From: Eledone cirrhosa
Lineage: Eukaryota
Direction of reading: 5' to 3'
Assembly (NCBI GenBank): GCA_964016885.1
Contig: OZ024742.1
Location: forward strand, 276,458,001-276,522,000
DNA length: 64,000 nt
Shown piece by piece: positions 52,991 through 64,000 of this stretch. The number at the start of each line of letters is the position of its first letter. Within the stretch, counting starts at the first letter, position 1. A program made the translations under genes and the position numbers. The notes beneath the pieces were generated by a model, which was given only the letters and a program-made list of their open reading frames with translations, did no database searches and was not told the origin of the DNA.

Positions 52991-53454
52991 AGCTGAAGTT
53001 TTTCAGAAAGAAATACTGTTGGTTAGTCATTGAGTTGATGGTCTGAGGATTTTATTACAATTTCTAAAACTTAAATTTAGTTTATATTCCATACGCTTCC
53101 ATTTTATCTTTGAATTTCTTCTCTCCAGTAATATGCCACTCAATGACTGTACCTCTCATTTTGAAAACCTTTATTACTGAAATTTCTTAGTTTAAACACA
53201 TTATATAGATAAATTACACACACACTACCATTATGGAATCTCAAAACAATGCAATTTGTGGCTAACCTAGAAAATAGACTCACTCTTTTAAAACATGATG
53301 ACAGAATGAAAACATTACACAATACAATTTGTATGAAGAATAACCCAGAAAATATACACTGACAGAAAATTGGAATGTATGAATACCCATTAAAATAGCA
53401 TAAAGCTTAATAAGACAAGTTTCTACTGAATGGACATTGTTCTATGATTGTACT

Positions 53455-54470
53455 TCTGCACCAGTCATTGAGTATGACTCCGTCTTGTATTACTTGATTG
53501 ACTATTCAGGTTACTAGTTTGACTCCTACCCCTCCCGATGCTTTTAGCATCTCAGCAACTATCTCTGATGGTCCCGCAGTAATTATCATTCATATCTTTG
53601 ATTGCGTCATTGACCCTAAAACTGTCAACTTCAATTCAGTAACATTTCCAGGCCTCTTTCTTTTGGGCATCAGTGGTGCTAAGTGCACCAGTGTCATTTC
53701 TAACACATTTTTCTCCAACAACATCTTGATTTACACTAACCCACTGCCTTGCAATACAGATCACTTCACGTCTCAAGATATTGGCAAACTTACTTTCTTC
53801 ATCCTCTCTCCAATCTGTGTAAACCTGCTATCTCACTTCTCTCTGAGCTACTTGGTACCGGTCTCTGCTACCCCCATTTTTCCAGTCTCTCCTTGCCTGT
53901 CTCTTGGTTTTAATGGCTCTATCCACTGTGCTGTTCCACCACCAGGTCACCCTCTGTCAGGCAGGTGCTTTACTCCAGCTGCAAGTCTCATCAGTAGTTC
54001 GCAAAGGATTATCACATAAGAATTTCCATTTGTCCTCTTCATTATATGTATGTAGCTCGTCACCCCTTTCATCAAATGCATCTCATAGGACCTCTCTGAA
54101 CCTATATTTAACAGAAAGGTCCTTTAGCTTCCAAACTCGCTGTCCCCATATTTTCCTGCATGTCTTGTTCTGTCTTGTGTTTAGGAATGCCTTAGTATTT
54201 ATTACAGTTCATTTATCTGATTAATTTACAAGTAATCAATCAATTTGGCTTTTATGTTCTCCTAATTGATATGAGATCAGGTGGTTGGCTGGTTTCCTGA
54301 AATTTGTGTTGCAAATAGTTCATTTGCATCACAGAATTCCAGGAGCCTCAATCCATCTTCATTTGTTGAGCCATAGCCACCATGAACTCTACTGAATCTG
54401 TTCTGGTGCTGTCCCACATGTCCATTGAAATTGCCTGCCAAGATGATGAGGTCTCTTTCATCAATACCTA
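53455..54470 (-). mobile_element. RTE-clade LINE fragment (APE endonuclease end + linker)
   Basis: LIILAGNFNGHVG...HGGYG..NEDGLRLLEFC (ORF 54277-54579). Confidence 0.8.
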
Positions 54471-55134
54471 AAATTTTCTTTAAAAATTTCTCAGAGTTTT
54501 CCTTTTGTTCTCCATCATTATTTCCTATTCTGTAATGTTTATATCTAAGTTGTTTGCCTATATATATATACACACACACACATATACATACACCTACATA
54601 TATACATATGTATGATGATGGGCAAATAAGTCCAAAACATAAAATATTTCTTTCATTTTCATTTACTGTTAAATTAATACAACTGTTTTATCATGTTCCT
54701 TATTCTGTCTTGTTATTACACATTTGAATATATTCTTCTCTTCATTTCACCTCCTGGATTACCATTTCGGGCTAGACAAAACCTTTTCTTTCAATGAAAT
54801 TCTTTTAAAATGTATTTTCTTATTAAAATTATAACTAAAATTGATTTGAAATCAAACTTAGTCTATTAAATGATAATTTTTTTTTTTAATTCATAAAAAA
54901 ATTAATGTAATTGTTATTGTCATAACTTCTAAATAAATGAAAAATATATTTATAAATTTTCAAACATCCAGGTTTTCAATAAATCCATTTATTGAAAATT
55001 AAATATGTTGTTGAAAACGCCAAGTGGATAATTAGTCTGCTGTAATTTTTAGAGATGTCATAATTATCTCACATTTGGGTTTTAGTTATCTTTTTGAATG
55101 ATATATTTTACAGTTGAATTATTTCTTTTTACAG

Positions 55135-55245
55135 TGTGGTTCCTTCCCTTCTCATGTGGCTGATATGGCTGGCTTGAGATGGCTTCGCCTCAACAGAACC
55201 AAATTAAATGAAGTCCCACAAGAAATTAATAATTTGGGAAAATTG
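55135..55245 (+). CDS. FLII: Protein flightless-1, exon 2 (LRR)
   Basis: tacag/gtatgt. CGSFPSHVADMAGLRWLRLNRTKLNEVPQEINNLGKL. Confidence 0.93.
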
Positions 55246-55361
55246 GTATGTAACCGAATTATTATACATTTTATATCTTGTATTTATCTCTGTCCATTAG
55301 CTGTATTATTTGTAAATTTATATTAGAATATGTCAGTAAAGTTACATTTATATTTCTTTAG

Positions 55362-55514
55362 GAACATTTATCCGTATGTAGGAACGAAATCAATGAACTA
55401 AGTTTTAAGCTTGGTGAGTTAAAGTCTTTGCGTTCCCTTGTCTTTCACCACAACAATCTTTCGGACAGTGGTGTTCCTGCCTCAGTACTGAGCTCTAATG
55501 AGCTGACAGTTGTG
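55362..55514 (+). CDS. FLII: Protein flightless-1, exon 3 (LRR)
   Basis: ttag/gtaagt. EHLSVCRNEINELSFKLGELKSLRSLVFHHNNLSDSGVPASVLSSNELTVV. Confidence 0.93.
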
Positions 55515-56849
55515 GTAAGTATAATGTAATTCGGTTTCTGTTTTCACACCACTCACACACATACATCTGAAAATTATTTTTGCAAATATATATATATATA
55601 TGGGATGGATAAACTCTAAGAAAACTAAATTCATAATTTCAATGCATACTTTTGAATATTTAATTTAATTTACTTACATAAATGCTCTTTGAAAAAAAAC
55701 ACAAACATCAGAACTTTCACATTTTTCTGTTCTAAAAATCTGAGGTTTCATGCTTAATGGGGGGAGGAGCAAAAGTGACAGTTGTATAAACCCTACTTGA
55801 GACATTGACAGATACTGCAAGGTACTATTACAAAGTAATGCTTTGTTGAAGAATTATAGCACTTCGCACACAGACGATGTACAGCCAACCTTTCATTCAG
55901 AAGGAAAAATGTTTTGTCAACAGAGGTATTAGTTCCCTAAACTTCTTCCATCCTACCCTTATTCTAGCTACTACGCTTTCAGAGAACCCTCCTCCACTGC
56001 TAATTAAATCATCTAGATAGCAGAAGCTATCAACAATTTCTATGGATCCTTCCTGGAAAATCTATTTTATAAATATTCTGATGGGCCTGCACACACATTA
56101 AACAACAGATTAATGCCAGTGCAGTAGCATTCAATCAATGCCAGCATGGGCCTGGATGGATATACACAAAAGCATAGTTATATGGTATATATATATTCTT
56201 ATTATGGAGGCACATGGCTTAGTGGTTAGAGCATTGGCCTTGCAATCGAAAGGTTGTGAGTTCAATTCTCAGACAGGGTGATGTGTTGTTTCCTTGAGCA
56301 AGACACTTTATTTCACATTGCTCCAGTTTACTCAGCTGTAGAAATGAGATGATAGGGACTGGGGTCCCTATCATTCCACTGCAAAGTGGTCGTGGAGGTG
56401 CCACAGCAAAAAAAGCACCCGGCACTCACTGTAAATGAGGTTGGTGTTAGGAAGGGCATCCAGCTGTAGAAATCAAGCCAGAATCAGTTCCCGTCCCACC
56501 CTTGCAAGTAGGGAAAAGCGGACGTTAAATGATGATGATGATGATTCTATATTAACTCATTTGAGAAACTAAACTTATGATAGTAGCTTCCTGATGAACC
56601 ACTTTCTGGGAATGTCTGATTTCCTTCAAGCCACAGTACTAACGATGTGATTTCTTTGCAACACCTTTAGTCAAGACATTCTTCCTGGCATCCTTGGCAT
56701 TTAACTACTTCTTGGGAGCTTTACCTTTACTAGTCTTACAACCATCTGTTAACTCCAAGCCATTATAACATAGTTATTGTAGTCATCTTAGATAATTACT
56801 ATTGATTTTTCTAGGCAGAAATTATAGCGTGTGGCCTTACTTAATGTCA

Positions 56850-57270
56850 TGAATCTTGGCTAATGAATATGATCATGAATACAAGCGGCCAAAATGGGGT
56901 TCCTCCGAAGGGTCTTTAGAGTAACATTACTCAATAGTGTGTGTAGCTCAGAGATAGGGAGTTGCTTCAGGTAGAGCCTTTACTTCTCTGAATTAAGTGA
57001 TCACAGCTCTGATACTAGTGGTATTTGGTTAGAATGTCTAAAGAAAGAATTGCTGGACAGATTTTACTTGTAAAACCAACTGGCAAGAGACCCAGGAGTA
57101 GACCCCAAGCAAGATGGTTGGATAACATCTATGAGCTCAGCTGGTCTCACTTGAGGGTCCCTCCGTATCAATTGGAGATAGTTGCTCTTGACAGGACTTA
57201 CTGGAAGGCATGCTTGAGGACCCTGCCACCATGACCCTCCCAGGAATAACTGGGCAAAGAAGAAGAAATT
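56850..57270 (+). mobile_element. RTE-clade LINE 3' end
   Basis: KPTGKRPRSRPQARWLDNI...DRTYWK followed by a GAA-type tail. Confidence 0.8.
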
Positions 57271-57570
57271 ATAGATTCAAGATCAAAGAATGACATCAAA
57301 GAATAGTAACTTATATTTACAAGCCAATGAGTAGCCCCTAATTGCTTGCTCAACTTGCTCGAAACAGCAAACAAATTTCCTCCAAATCACACCCTACTCT
57401 CTCAAAGAAAAGCAAGACACATTTGACAATGTAAATCCTTGATATATAAAAACATGAATGGTCATTATTGAATGCATATGTCTGCTAGATCAGGACTGAA
57501 TTTAAACTGAATGAAACCAAATGTTATCTATTTTTATATTATATATATATTTTTTCTTTTTCTATCACAG

Positions 57571-57656
57571 GATCTGAGCCACAATAATTTAGTAGAAGTA
57601 CCAGAACAGTTGCAAAATGTTAAAGGTTTATTGGTTTTGAATCTTAGCCATAATAA
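57571..57656 (+). CDS. FLII: Protein flightless-1, exon 4 (LRR)
   Basis: cacag/gtaagt. [28 protein letters not shown]. Phase 0-2. Confidence 0.93.
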
Positions 57657-58381
57657 GTAAGTTTTTTTTTTCCTTTTTTTTGGTGGGGGGTGGGGGGCAT
57701 TCTAATAATTTATGAATAACTTTATCTATCATCTATATTTTGAATTTCATAATTTTATAATCTTCTAACAATCACACACATTATGACAAATTGATGAGCC
57801 CTGTTACTCTGGAGTTTTACCTACACACTCACAGGATCATCAGACGAGACATGCATAGGTGAAACTCCAGGGTAATAAGGCTCAACACTTAACCATAATA
57901 AATGAATACTTCAACTCTCTTTCGGTATTGAGTACTTTTTCTCATGTCTATCAATAACATACAGATATATCATCATCATCATTTAACGCCCATCTTCCAC
58001 ACTAGCATGGGTTAGACGGTTTTGTTCCATTTGATGCGGAGAATGGTCGGGAGACCGTGTCTCACTTGTATGGACGTGTCCCTGGTAGGTGTTTTACAAT
58101 TGGATGCCCTTCCTAACCAGCCACATTTATAGTGTGGACTGGGAGCCTTTTTACCATGTCTCCTACATGGCCACCTTACAGGTGCAGGCATGGCTGTGCA
58201 CTTAAGAAGTTTGCTTCGCAACCATGTGATCTTGGGTTTTATCTCTCTGCTTGGCATACCTTTGGTAATTGGTTTCTACTCTAGCCTTGAGCCAACTAAT
58301 GCCTTTTGAATATATTTGGTAAATGTAACTGGTATGAAGCCCAACATATGTGTGTGTGTGTGTCAGTATATATATATATAT

Positions 58382-59134
58382 ATATAAATGAAAATATAGA
58401 AATTATTGTGAGCAAGAAGCCAACAGTATTTCATAATATATGTGACTATAACGTCAAAATGGAAAATAATTAACGTAAGATGTGGGAAAATAATTCAAAC
58501 TCAATTCAAAAGAAAAAAAAAAAAAAAAATCAAGACAGATTTTATCCAAAGATTTTGTGAAATCCAGGGAAAAGCCAATAGAGTCTTAACTCAGAATAAA
58601 ATAAAGTTTAAATACTCATCCTTCAATTTGGAAAAACTACAAATGTTCTATATAGTCTTAAAAAGACTATTTCACGAAACTTTTCAGTGGGGATGGTCAC
58701 GGCTGGAATCGTTCATCAGTAGAGCTCAAACACGATAATCCTAGTCTCACTGCCAAAATATGCCAAAATGGGAATTTAAAAGCAGGCTAGTTCACCTTGT
58801 GCGTAATTATGAAAATAAACACACATGTAGAGACAGGGCTGGTGACGTCAGAATGAGACAAATGTCTATTTACAAGAAACAACAGTCAAAAACATTTCGA
58901 AAAAACTCTACAAAATGTAAGGAGTTCAGCAAAATAGCAATATTATCGCAGTTTTTTTTTTAAAAAAGACCGGGATTAGTCACAAATAATTTTAAGCACT
59001 CTAGGAAAAATTCCGAGTATAAATATAAATGAAAATATAGAAATTATTGTGAGCAAGAAGCCAACAGTATTTCGTAATATATAAATGACTATAACGTCAA
59101 AATGGAAAATAATTAACGTAAGATGTGGGAAAAT
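58382..59134 (-). mobile_element. Non-coding, terminally redundant hammerhead-bearing element (retrozyme / Penelope pLTR-like) inserted in a (TA)n tract
   Basis: 110-bp direct repeats at 58382-58491 and 59023-59134, internal hammerhead, and microsatellite on both sides. Confidence 0.7.
58645..58725 (-). ncRNA. Type I hammerhead ribozyme with intact catalytic core
   Basis: UCUA-CUGAUGA-ACGA...UCGU-GAA-AUAGUCUU(UUU)AAGACUAU-A/UAGA. Stems I-III pair and the cleavage triplet is AUA. Confidence 0.8.
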
Positions 59135-59135
59135 G

Positions 59136-59191
<56 letters not shown>

Positions 59192-59278
59192 CACATACAT
59201 ACACATACATGTGTGTGTGTGTTAATAGAAAAACAAACAAGGCTGATATTCAATGATTCACTTATTAAATACTAAAGA

Positions 59279-59388
59279 GTTTTACACGTGTTTCAATGTG
59301 TTGCATAATTGGCACATGAAGTCTGTATTGTTATATAATCCATTATTCCACACTGCTTGATAGTACTCAACATATCTCTTCAGAGAAA
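59279..59388 (-). ncRNA. Minimal Penelope-type hammerhead motif, weakened stems
   Basis: TCT-CTGAAGA-GATATGTTG...CAACACATT-GAAA-CACGTG-TA-AAA. Confidence 0.55.
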
Positions 59389-59847
59389 ATCCAGGGAAAA
59401 ATAATGTTGAAAGCATGTAAAGTCATGCTTATATAGAAGTTCTTACACACATATGCACATGCATGAGTGGAAGGATTTGAATGTGGGTGTTTGTGTAAGA
59501 ACTACTATATAAGCATGACTTTATATGCTTTTAGCATTATTTTTTTCCTGGGTTTAAGAGGAATCCAAAGTGGTGTGCAAAAGAGAAGACTGTGTTGGTA
59601 CGGACATGTGATGTGCATGAATGATGATTGCTTGGTGAAGAAGTGCCAGGAAATCCCATTTGTTCAGAGCATCGATAATTTTCCATCTAAAGCATGTATT
59701 CTTCCAGGATCTACATGCATATATCTATAAATTTGAATTATTGATGCTCTGGACAAACGTCCAGAGCTTTTCCATTGAGAAGCATAAATATCATACATAA
59801 TTGTTATGTTATGATACCTTAAATTTGTGTGTGTGTGTATATATATA

Positions 59848-60237
59848 TCATCATCATCATCATCATCATCAGGTTTAGCGTCCGTGTTCCACGCTTGCAT
59901 GGGTTTGGACGGGGGTTTTCCCACTTGAGGCAAGAGTGGTTGTCTTGCTCGCATAGGACTGTCTGGCGGGTTTTCTACAGTTGGATGCCCTTCCTAACAC
60001 CAACCACATTTACAGTGTGGGGCTGGGAGGTTTTTACCGTGTTGCCTACACGGCCACATTACAGCGTGGACTGTCTGGCGGGTTTTCTACAGCTGGATGC
60101 CCTTCCTAACACCAACCACATTTACAGTGTGGGGCTGGGAGGTTTTTACCGTGTTGCCTACACGGCCACATTTACAGCGTGGACTGTGTGTTTTTTGTCG
60201 TGACACCTACACGATCTCATTTGTTTCGGCCTGGATG
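59848..60237 (-). mobile_element. RTE 3'UTR copy with internal 112-bp tandem duplication
   Basis: (CAT)n tail at left. GGACTGT recurs at 59956, 60068 and 60181. Confidence 0.85.
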
Positions 60238-60239
60238 TT

Positions 60240-60901
60240 GTGGGACCATATATATATAAATGAACTAAGGAAAAAATTAGAGATAAGAGGGATCAGATGT
60301 TGTTTACTCGAGAGAAGGCTGCGTTGGTATGGACACGTGATGCGCATGAAAGTCGATAGCTGTATTACAAAGTGCAGGGCAATAAAGATAGACGGTAGCC
60401 ACGGAATAGGCAGACCTAGAAAAACTTGGGATGAGCTGATAAACTCCGACCTCACACACTTACACCTCTCCAAGACAATGTCACTGGACCGTGACCTTTG
60501 GCGGTACTCAGTAACAGAGAAGACCCGCCTTGCCAGTAGGCATCTCTAACAAACTACACCCCGTCCCGCCACCACCCCCACCCCATCCACACCACCCCGT
60601 TCTATGTAAAGTTATGTTGGTGCCGCGCCATCCAGGCCGAAACAAATGAGATCGTGTAGGTGTCACGACAAAAAAACACACAGTCCACGCTGTAATGTGG
60701 CCGTGTAGGCAACACGGTAAAAACCTCCCAGACCCACACTGTAAATGTGGTTGGTGTTAGGAAGGGCATCCAACTGTAGAAAACCTGCCAGACAGTCCTA
60801 TGCGAGCAAGACAATCACTCTTGCCTCAAGTGGGACTACCCCCGTCCAAACCCATGCAAGCGTGGAACACGGACGTTAAACGTTGATGATGATGATGATG
60901 A

Positions 60902-60905
<4 letters not shown>
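60240..60905 (+). mobile_element. RTE-LINE 3' end with (GAT)n tail
   Basis: RRLRWYGHVMRM...GRPRKTW...DRDLWR plus 3'UTR. Confidence 0.85.
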
Positions 60906-60944
<39 letters not shown>

Positions 60945-60997
60945 GTAATGTGTGTTTGTGTTTAAGATTTACTAGATTCTGTTTATGTTTATTTCAG

Positions 60998-61074
60998 AAT
61001 TGAGAACATACCAAATCTTCTGTTTGTTAATTTGATTGAACTTATCTACTTGGACCTCAGTAACAATTGTTTAG
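60998..61074 (+). CDS. FLII: Protein flightless-1, exon 5 (LRR)
   Basis: tttcag/gtatgt. IENIPNLLFVNLIELIYLDLSNNCL. Phase 2-1. Confidence 0.93.
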
Positions 61075-62013
61075 GTATGTATGTATATATGTGCAGGTGT
61101 GTATGTATGCGTATTGAATGTAAACATATTTTCGATTTTGTTATCCATTTGATATTCTAAAGAATTATTGATCAACTGTCAACAATGATAGAATAAACAT
61201 TATCATCACCACCATTTAACGTCCATTTTCCAAGATGTGTGTATGAACCACAGTGACTCATAAATCTAGTGCTTAGTTCTGGATTCTACAGCATTTATGT
61301 TGATGAGAGACGAATTCCCCACGAGCTAGGATACCAGGCTATCTTTAGAAATCTAAAATCTTATTCTTTACAGAATCACTCTCAAACATCCTTGGAGCTT
61401 GTGTTTATCTACATTTTTCATATTTAGCTTATGAGAGATAAGTCTTTCTTATAGGATAGCAAATTAATCTTAGAGCCTCTATCTGGTCACTAAAACTGCT
61501 AAAAATAGCTGTTAAATACCTTCAAATCACTCCTTGCTACCTTACAAAAAAGAAGATATTGAATAACATAATCCTGGAAATAAGACAGACTGGAACACTG
61601 TTAACCACCTCTCTGCTTGATTAAAACTGAGCTACACACTCTATCAAGTAACGTTAATCCAAAGACCTTTTGGCAGCTTGTATTCACAATCATATTCTTT
61701 TTGTCATTACCCAAGATTCATGACCATAGATAAGGGTTGGCACAAATACCAAATTGAAAATAGCAGGTTTGGCTTTTACACCTACCTCCCTTCTTCTGAA
61801 GCCAGAATGCTGAAGCGGAGCAATACTGCACTGGTTCCTGCAATTCTTGTACTTAATTCAGCCTCCTGTCTTCCATCACAGACACAAAATTAATTATGAA
61901 TCTACTCAAAACAATTGTTTTCTTTCTTTCTTCAAAATTATGTTTAAAAAAGAAAGAATCAATTTTGTTTAATTTTTTTTTAAATGATCTTTATTTTAAT
62001 GCTTTAATTACAG

Positions 62014-62098
62014 AAACCCTTCCACCCCAGATACGACGTCTAACAAGTTTACAAACTTTGAAACTTAACAACAATCCTTTAGTTCATGCTCAACTGCG
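62014..62098 (+). CDS. FLII: Protein flightless-1, exon 6 (LRR)
   Basis: tacag/gtaagt. [29 protein letters not shown]. Phase 1-2. Confidence 0.95.
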
Positions 62099-62267
62099 GT
62101 AAGTTAGCCCTGTTCCATTTCATAGAATGTACACTGGTAAGGTACTGAACCACCGCTGACTATGATTTTAACTGTTTTCTTTTTGTTTTTCTTTTAGTGT
62201 ATTTTGACCAAAACACACACATGTATATGTATATATATTACTTAACATATCTAATTGTATCTTGCAG

Positions 62268-62371
62268 CCAATTGCCAGCATTAACTTCTTTAACTACACT
62301 ACATATGAAGAGTTCAGAGAGACGTGTTAGCCATTTTCCACCAACATTAGACACTTTAAACAATCTTCAAG
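62268..62371 (+). CDS. FLII: Protein flightless-1, exon 7 (LRR)
   Basis: tgcag/gttggt. QLPALTSLTTLHMKSSERRVSHFPPTLDTLNNLQ. Phase 2-1. Confidence 0.93.
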
Positions 62372-62926
62372 GTTGGTCATTATATTTATTAGCTATTCCT
62401 TTATGATATTTGAATACAGACAGCATTAATAAATGTAATTGTTTTCCTTTTATATATGTAGTTCCAAATCATATATTTTAATTTCATGCCAAATAAAGTT
62501 TCCACCTACTCTCTATTATTGCTGTAACATCATTCTGCTCTTGCAAATTATTGAAAATACATCTGAGAAATCAAAGAACAGTTGACTGCTTAAACTGCTT
62601 AAATCTTTTTGGGGTTACAACAGCTCTAAACAGATTTAACTTTTTCATAACCATATCTCTGAATGAATACACTGTCAATGATTTGTTAATAATCTTGAAA
62701 ATAATCAAGAATTTGGAGAGATTTAGTAATGTAACTAACGTTCACATTATTCAGTTGGTGTTTGGAATATATAAAGCAACTGTGTTGGCTGTTCATATAT
62801 TAGAAAATGTTTCTTGAATTATTTTGCAGGGGAACCCCAACAATCTAACAGTTATATCAAACCTTTTTGTTTGTATGTATGTGTGTGTACTTATTGTTTT
62901 TTCTTTTTAAATTTTCATTGTTACAG

Positions 62927-63043
62927 ATATTGATTTGTCATCTAATAATTTGCCGAAAGTACCAGAAGCTTTATATAAGCTTAAGACTCTCAAAAGATTA
63001 CAGTTATGCAACAATGAAATCACAGAGTTATCTTCACTAATTG
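62927..63043 (+). CDS. FLII: Protein flightless-1, exon 8 (LRR); gene continues beyond window
   Basis: tacag/gtatgt. DIDLSSNNLPKVPEALYKLKTLKRLQLCNNEITELSSLI. Phase 1-1. Confidence 0.93.
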
Positions 63044-63109
63044 GTATGTCTTCTTTTTTATTTTCATATATTGCTGTTGTACAATTTCATTTACTCTAAA
63101 TAAATCTAT

Positions 63110-63520
63110 ATAATAATAATGAAAATTATTGTGTACAGTGCTCAGGTGTTAGTACATATAATAATGTAGGAATAATGCCAGGAAAGTCGTGATATACACG
63201 CATACGTGCGTGCGTATGGAGAGGGAATATCAGGTTAGTGTTAGCAAATTTCGAGAAGCATGGAAGTTTTGAAGGATGCAATGTCCTGACAGCTAACAAC
63301 TGATGCAAGTAGTTCGTTCCATGCTTCAGAAACTCTGAGCATGAAAAAATGTTTCCAAAAGTAATGGGAGCTGTGCTGTTTTATGATTGTGTAAGCTTGT
63401 CCACGGGTGTTAGACACATGGAATTCAAAAAGGTGCTCAGGGTTGTTGTTGTCAAGATGGTTAATAATTTTGTGGGTGTCTATCAAGTCAGTTGCCAGAT
63501 GTCAGAGCTTTAATATTTTT
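63110..63520 (-). mobile_element. CR1/L2-like LINE 3' end
   Basis: ORF 63241-63486: SNTRGQAY...KHFFMLRVSEAWNELLASVV....IASFK, followed by an (ATT)n tail. Confidence 0.75.
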
Positions 63521-64000
63521 ATTAGCACCATTGCATTACTGAGGACTAAGTCTTTGAGATTGTACCATATTTCTGACTATAAAATCTGTTAATCTCCCCT
63601 CTTCTGACATTTTTTAAACATTTTTGTTTGTTATTTAGTAGTTTCCATATCAGTTGTAAACATGACATAGCTCTGTAGTTACTTTTGTCTTATCTTTCTG
63701 TATAAGGACAATTATCTTTTTATCATAGATGATAGCATTGTTAGGCATTGAAGAAGTTTTCTTGTCAAATGTAAATGCTTGTGAATGTTTTTCACCAGAA
63801 ATCTTGAATTCCATCGGGGATTCATGATTGTTATTCTTTTTTATGTTAGAATGTTCTTATTTTTTATTTATTTGTGACTGAGGAAATAAGTATCAGTCAT
63901 ATACTGAGAGTTGACTTAATTTATTACACCTTTTCCCTCAATTAGTGACTTTGTATAAAATCATCAGTTATCATTATTACTTATTACATCTTTCTTTGTT

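Noticed and set aside
58976-59206. Low-complexity ORFs (YIYIYI, FFFF, DDDD types)
   Set aside because: Translations of microsatellites and T-rich intron sequence.

Overview
AT-rich, intron-rich animal genomic DNA. The repeat landscape (tRNA-derived SINEs, RTE-type LINEs with (CAT)n tails, (TA)n microsatellites, MITEs) resembles an octopus/coleoid genome; the species is an inference. Two spliced + strand genes were reconstructed by hand with consistent GT-AG phases. The first is a Cdc1/MPPE1-like metallophosphoesterase (7 exons, 1119-20501, 5' exon(s) not found). The second is the 5' part of flightless-1 (8 LRR-coding exons, 44924-63043, continuing past the window). Between them lies a 4.0 kb defective LTR retrotransposon (39209-43234, minus strand, TSD TTACA). 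It has a canonical -1 frameshift signal and an unusual primer-binding site that is complementary to the 5' 12 nt of tRNA-Phe rather than to a tRNA 3' CCA end. The introns hold several hammerhead-ribozyme motifs in microsatellite-flanked Penelope/retrozyme-like inserts. One has an intact catalytic core inside a terminally redundant ~640 bp unit (58382-59134). Long inverted repeats in FLII introns could form dsRNA. Repeat boundaries are approximate unless TSDs or TIRs are quoted.
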